DNA from: Dimargaris cristalligena
Lineage: Eukaryota
Assembly (NCBI GenBank): GCA_003614675.1
Contig: ML002215.1
Location: forward strand, 1 to 64,000
Direction: 5' to 3'
DNA length: 64,000 nt
Shown: positions 58,110 to 64,000 of the stretch, in pieces
Position numbering within the stretch: the stretch's first letter is position 1
How the letters are laid out: each line of letters begins with the position of its first letter
Notes under the pieces: generated by a model
Told to the model about the DNA's origin: nothing
The model's database searches: none
Seen by the model: the letters and a program-made list of their open reading frames with translations, nothing else
Made by a program: the position numbers and the translations under genes

Positions 58110-59764
58110 TCAGTGATTCTCGGGTGCGGTAGAGGTAGGGGTGGCTGCTGCTACGGGTATGCCGAGCGCCTGGGCCTTGGAGCGTAGTGCATCTAACTCG
58201 GATTCCAGTCCGGTTGCCGGAGGTGCGGCGGGCTTAGTGTACACTGAGGTGGACAGTTTCGTGACCTCCGTGGCGGCCGCCATGAGTTCCTTGGTAGTTT
58301 TTTCTAGAGTCCGGAGTGTCTCCATCAGCACTTGGCGTTCTTTGGAACCGCTGGGTAAAGTCAAGACCTGGTTCATGATCTCCTTTTGCTGGGCCACATG
58401 GGACTGGATCAGTTGCTCCCGCTGTTTGCCAATTTCCAACAATTTACGGCTCTGTTCGGCACCCGGTGGAGGGCGTGCAAATGGAGCCGACCCGGAATCC
58501 GTATCCATGTACTCCCGGTGGTGGGGGCGGTATGGCAAAGGCCGTCCTCCACGGAACGGGGTAGGACCTGATGACGGAGCGCCACCCTCTTCCTGGGCTG
58601 GCAGGCGCTTCCAAGTCACCCGAGTGCGGGGATTCTGGAAATGGGGACCGGGTGTCTGGATAACAGCTTGGGCCTGGCTCGGTTCAGCAAAGGTCACGAA
58701 CGCTCGCGAGTGGTCCGCCTGGAGGGAAACTTGCTTCACTTCGCCGAAGCGGGAAAAATAGTTGGTTAGCGCGTCGACCGATAAGAACCCATATGGAATA
58801 TTAAAGACGGCAATTTCGATGTCGCTAACTGGCCAGTTGTTATCGGGTACTGTGGGAATGTTCGCCATAGGAGGCCGGAAAGGAGGTCTACCGAAGGCCA
58901 TGGGCGCCCCACCAAAAGCCATGGGGGGCCGGAACTGGTTCATCATGGGCATATGACCCATATTACCCATGGGTGGTGGCTGCGGCCAGCCCATCGAATA
59001 AGGGGGGCCGATGGGACGAACCATGCCATATGGTTCGGCTTTCGGAGCACCACCAGGGATGTGTTGGTAGCGACAATTATCACCAAGCTTGCACCGGCCC
59101 TTCTTCTGGAAAGTGAAGCAAACCTTCTGGGATTTCGTAGCGGGCTGGGCTCCATTCGGGACAGCGGGGACGGCTTGGCCATAACGATCTGGGTTTTGGG
59201 TGCGACCCCGATCGGCGTGTCGATCGCTGGACTCCGGTGTAGAGTCAGACCGCCGAGGTGGACTGCGGCTACGGGCCCGCCGTTCATTGGTATGTGACGA
59301 GGGTGTGGGTTCTGGCTCCATCGACTGTGGGATTTCGCCAGGAGATGCCGTTAAGGCCCTAATGCGTTCGAACACTCCCTCAATGAATGGTCGAGGGTCT
59401 GGAATAGGGCAGGGCAGGTCATTGGGAAAACAAATTAAAGGAGTGCCAAAATAACACGAAGTTAATCTAACAGTAAACCCTGGAGTTCAATAGATGGAGG
59501 GTAGACGACATGTTCTCCCTTTTTCCCCAAAAATAAAATAAAACATTCACCGAGGAACTAAAGAGGTAGGTAGAGCTTACCTTCAGTCAAGAAATCGACG
59601 AGTTGTTCGATACAATTCTCCTTTAGTTCGTGGGAAGGCTCTTCGTTGGTAACCAGAGTAAGAATGTAATCGGCTAGAGCCATGGGATCTGCATCACTGA
59701 GGGAGACCAGTTGGTCTTGGATGTAGCCCTGCAGGTTTTCCGTGGCAGCGGCATCGAGCGGCAT
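58110..59764 (-). CDS. RBM26: RBM26/27-like RNA-binding protein (PWI + CCCH + RRM + coiled coil), 2 exons, ~490 aa
   Basis: Exon 1 59764-59581 (SDADPMALADYILTLV...CIEQLVDFL, PWI-like), exon 2 59398-58110. RS segment, CFTFQKKGRCKLGDNCRYQH, RRM (LTNYFSRFGEV...AFVTF). Confidence 0.87.
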
Positions 59765-60453
59765 TGTGAAGGTATGAAGAAGGCGATTTTTGTAAAGAGG
59801 AATAGAAAGCAAAGCAAACAACAGAGGAAAAGAATGGTGAGTGAAAACTGGCGAATACTATATGAAGAAGGACTCGAACCTGGAAGGTAAAAAAATCGGC
59901 ACGTAAAATGGTTGGTTTGGCTGAGCAGTGAATACCAGCCAGCTTGGTCTCTGAATCGATGAATATTAGGCAAGCTATCCGCGGCAAGGTGCCGTAATGA
60001 GACTGGAAGTAATATAGCAGGGTGTAGTAGTGGACCACGCGACTAGCGACAAAAGCACTAATGGCCGGCTTAACAGGGTGCTTTTCAGGGACAAAGATGG
60101 AAGAGTCGCGCCAACGGTTAAGCTGGAAAACAATTTAACCGTTGCAACGCGAAGATGTACGTACATTGGAGTGCCCTGGAGCGGACGGGCCGCGCTTTTA
60201 AAGCAAGGATAGGACAAGCGGAGTTCAGCGTGAAGTGAAGCGCATTTATTGCCAGCCGGTGGATAAATGCGCGTATAGAGGAGAAATGTAGGTTTAGGAT
60301 TCGAGGCATAGTAGAAATAGTTAGTCAGGTGAAACCACCCCAGTGGTGATCGCCTACTGTACACGACTCGACTCAATAATGGCCGAGACATCATCTCTCT
60401 CCCCACCACCCAGGCCAATGCATACATCCACGAGTATTGGCAGTATGCGCATA

Positions 60454-60522
60454 TACACACACACACACACACGCTAACAGGGACCCAAACGGATTACCCG
60501 TCATATCTGCTGCTGCTGCTGC
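60454..60522. repeat. Short microsatellites (CA)n and (GCT)n in the divergent RBM26/VAC8 intergenic region
   Basis: ACACACACACACACACAC at ~60454-60471 and CTGCTGCTGCTGCTGC at ~60507-60522. Confidence 0.8.
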
Positions 60523-61117
60523 TTCACCCACCCTGGCTCCTTGTTGTCCAAACCACCCAGGGACTTGCCGGCTGTTCTCTCTTTCCTCTGTCTCTTTCGA
60601 TTCCCTCTCAGTTTTTACTTTACTTTATTGCTGAACCTTTTCTTACCCTTTGCTTCCATTCCTACACTTCTTTCCCCCTTCTCTTCAGCAGCGACCCCGC
60701 TGGCCCCTTTTCCTACTACTACTATACTACGTAATTCCACCACCACAATACGCCACCTCCACCAACTGACCCTGCCTCTGAGCCCTTCCCATCCTCGCTC
60801 CGCCCTTTGCCTTTCCTCGCTAGTGCCCTCTTCCCCGTATTTTGGCTCTTGCGACCACCGTGCCAAACCCCCTATCCTTAGTTTGGAACCCCGTTCGTGG
60901 CCATCTCGAGTACCCCGGCCTTTCCCCGCTCCTGTGCGCGCTTTCGCTCCCCGTATCGCCCAGCACCCAGTGCGCGTTCTCTATACCTATTTCACCGCCC
61001 ATCCACCCCACTTGCCCCGTCCCCGCCACTATTGTATTGTTGGTCTTTCCAGCTATTCCCACTCTGTCCACTTCTTCGGTCATTTAGCCCGCCAACGCTA
61101 CTCGTATACATCTACCC

Positions 61118-64000
61118 ATGGGTGCCTGCCAAAGTGTGTGCGCGTCTTGTCGGATTTGCTGCCCTACGCTGTTTAATTGTAAGTATTCTCCTCTATCGGG
61201 TGGTCCTCTGCTGTACGCTATTTTTCTGGCTCTATTGGCAAGAGCCTAGAGCACGATAAAGGCGCTCTACATCTTACCTTTGTAATGAATACACTGCCAC
61301 TACGCCAGGTAGCCTAATTGTGCAACCCTCGCCTGTGTTTTACGACTGATAAAGTACTGCCTATTCATTCACGCAATGCCTCTCTCCCTACTCTTTTGTA
61401 CGCCCCGCTGAACTACTCAATTTTAGGCTGTGACTACGGCAAGCATGGATACGACGCTCTGCTCCAGGAAGGCGAGCACGAAGCGGTCAAAGATCTAATT
61501 CGGTTTTTCGAAGGTAAGATGCCCCCTGTATAGACTGGGTCGATTTAAAACCTTGCCCATATACTATGACTGACAGTCCAACTACGGCCAGATACTTGAA
61601 GTTACTTCGACTTGACCTATCCTAGTGTCCTCATCTTCTGCTATGGTTGGCATCTTGGCACCCTCTGTACGAAGTAGATCGGAACAATGTAAATTTCTTT
61701 GAAGGCGAGCCCCTTCGCGCCCTCACAACACTGGCGTTTTCCGACAATGTGGATTTACAAAGGTCAGCCGCCTTGGCCTTTAGCGAAATATCAGAAATCG
61801 GTAAGCTTTCACCCAGTGCAATATTTTGATCCTAGAATAGTGCAGCACAACTATCCACACCATTTCACCAGGGATATTTACATTGGTAGTGGGGAGGGGA
61901 TTGATTGTTTTCCCCCGATCATCCCTTTGGTCAACCAATTGTCCACCCATACATTATTTGGGATTATTAATTTATGTTGCCCCCACTCACTTCTATTACA
62001 CTGCCTTCCTCGATCCCATTACATTACATTTCCTTACCATACCCCTCCCTACTAGATGTCCGTCCAATCGAGCGGGATGCACTCGAGCCTATCATGTACC
62101 TGCTTCAGTCCCAGGACAGCGATGTCCAGTGCGCCGCCTCCACCGCCATCGGGAATCTCGCTGTGGACCGTAAGTCTCATTTGTAACTAGCTGCACCTCG
62201 CTGAACATGTAATAACCACGCGAATTCCGGTTTACTTTGTTATACCCTCCTGCAATCTAACTGCAATGCCTTGGTTTTACCTCCCGTTTATTTCCCCACA
62301 AATACTATTCAACAGCTTATAATAAGCTGCTTATTGTCCAACAAGGCGGTGTAGAGCAGCTAATCCGGCTGATGATGTCACCCAATGTCGAGGCTCAGTG
62401 CAATGCGGTTGGTTGTATTACCAACCTGGCCACCCATGGTAGGTTGCATTTCATTTGGCCACCTTGATATTACGTTATTATCGTCCTCGCTCCAATCCAC
62501 TACTTTAGCCCCTGTTTACTTGCTCGCTCCCCATACCCAACCCCTAATCCGTAGATATTGCTGTTTCCCTATACCATGGTCCTATCCCTAGAGGAAAACA
62601 AGTCCAAGATCGCCAAAAGCGGCGCACTCATCCCTCTAACTCGCCTGGCCCGCTCAAACGACATTCGAGTCCAGCGCAATGCCACCGGTGCGTTGTTGAA
62701 CATGACCCACTCGTCGGAAAATCGTCAGCAGCTTGTTACCGCCGGTGCCATCCCGGTGCTGGTCAGCCTTCTATCGTCGTCCGACTCGGATGTCCAATAC
62801 TACTGCACTACGGCGCTCAGTAACATCGCGGTGGATGCCAACAGCCGCAAACGCCTCTCCAGCTCGGAACCCAAATTGGTCAACTCCTTGATTCATCTGA
62901 TGGACACTGCCTCCCCCAAGGTTCAGTGTCAGGCTGCTCTTGCCCTTCGTAATCTGGCCTCCGATCAGTACTACCAGGAAGCCATTGTACGGTCCAATGG
63001 TCTGCCCTCGTTGCTGAGACTGTTGCAATCGGCCATCGTGGCTCTGATTGTGTCGGCCGTAGCTTGCATCCGCAATATCTCGATTCACCCGGATAACGAA
63101 GCCCCTATTATCGAAGCGGGGTTCCTGCCTCCTCTGATCCAACTTCTGGCCTTCCGGGACAACCAGGAGATCCAGTGTCATGCTATCAGCGCCCTGCGCA
63201 ACCTGGCCGCCAGTTCGGACGATAACAAGATGGCCATCGTGGATGCCGGTGCCATTGAACTGATCCGGGACCTGGTTCTCGAGTGCTCGCCCGTGGTCCA
63301 GGGCGAAATGACCGCGGTGCTAGCCGTGCTGAGTCTCAGCGAGGATCTTAATGAGCGGATCCTCCAGGCCGGTATACTGCCTGTACTGGTGCAGCTCACC
63401 AGCCAGGAAAACCCCGAGGTGCAGGGTAACAGCGCGGCCGCCATCGGGAACCTGGCGGTGCGGGCCCCCGATCTCGGGTGGTTCGTTGAGGTGTGGCAAC
63501 AGCCCCACGGCGGTATCCAGGGTTATTTGGAAGAGTTCCTGAAACCCGAGCAGAATATTGCCTTCCACCATGTCGCCGTCTGGATCGTACTCCACTTTTT
63601 GGAACAGCGGGACACTGATCTCACTCGCCTCATCCTTAGCCATCCCACACTGCTGCCCTCCATAAAGACTCTGCTGGGCACGCTATCCAAGCACACCACC
63701 CGTCACCAAGTTGACCCCACCACGGGCCAAACCTACCCCAGCCATAACCATTCCGACCACCCCGCCGGTACCTCGCCGTCCACCCCGGGGGCTGGTAAAC
63801 TGCCGGGCTCGTCGGACAACCTGATGGACGGGGGTGACGACGCTTTACTTTACGGAGACGAAGACGATCAGGAGTACGCTGATGTGATGCAGTTGGCTGA
63901 TAATGTCCTTCGTATAGCCGAAAACCCCGATATTTTGGACGATATGCCCAGCCAGCACTACAGCGACCACGGCAAGGATTCCGACGCCAGCAACCACCAG
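61118..64000 (+). CDS. VAC8: Vacuolar armadillo-repeat protein Vac8, at least 6 exons, 3' end beyond the window
   Basis: Exons 61118-61133, 61427-61513, 61678-61800, 62056-62169, 62316-62438, 62592->64000. MGACQSC N-terminus, [80 protein letters not shown]. Confidence 0.94.

Noticed and set aside
60541-61259. 211-aa and 120-aa ORFs upstream of VAC8
   Set aside because: Low-complexity pyrimidine-rich leader/promoter sequence with no domain signal; the 211-aa ORF starts at a non-ATG codon.
1-64000. CRISPR arrays, rRNA, prokaryotic operons or defence systems
   Set aside because: None seen; the window is intron-containing eukaryotic DNA with no regularly spaced repeat-spacer array.

Overview
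Eukaryotic (fungal) genomic DNA with GT-AG spliceosomal introns of about 150-360 bp. The gene set, with a large intronless NRPS among housekeeping genes, fits an early-diverging fungus such as a Zoopagomycota/Dimargaris-like mycoparasite; that assignment is inference only. Conserved genes reconstructed by hand: a 9-exon PPIL1-type cyclophilin missed by the ORF track, an S6K/Psk1-like AGC kinase, MCM4, a SIM+RING SUMO-targeted ubiquitin ligase, an EFM3/FAM86 methyltransferase, tRNA-Val(AAC), PET100, a classical tyrosine phosphatase, a signal-TM-RING-H2 E3 ligase, RBM26/27 and VAC8 (truncated at the window end). Accessory content: (1) a 4938-aa stand-alone NRPS with two epimerization domains, a complete but catalytically dead internal A-T-C module and no release domain; (2) three tandem secreted Thr/Pro-rich proteins with an I9-inhibitor-like C-terminus, two of which lack the homologous ATG; (3) a signal-peptide + C2H2 zinc-finger + Tup1-type-motif reading frame split by one in-frame TGA; (4) five copies of a ~144-bp MITE; (5) two copies of a ~580-bp LTR-like repeat inside CpG-free, transition-mutated islands, one of which extends over a host exon; (6) a probable solo LTR 13 bp upstream of the tRNA gene. 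All calls come from motif reading by eye; no searches were run.
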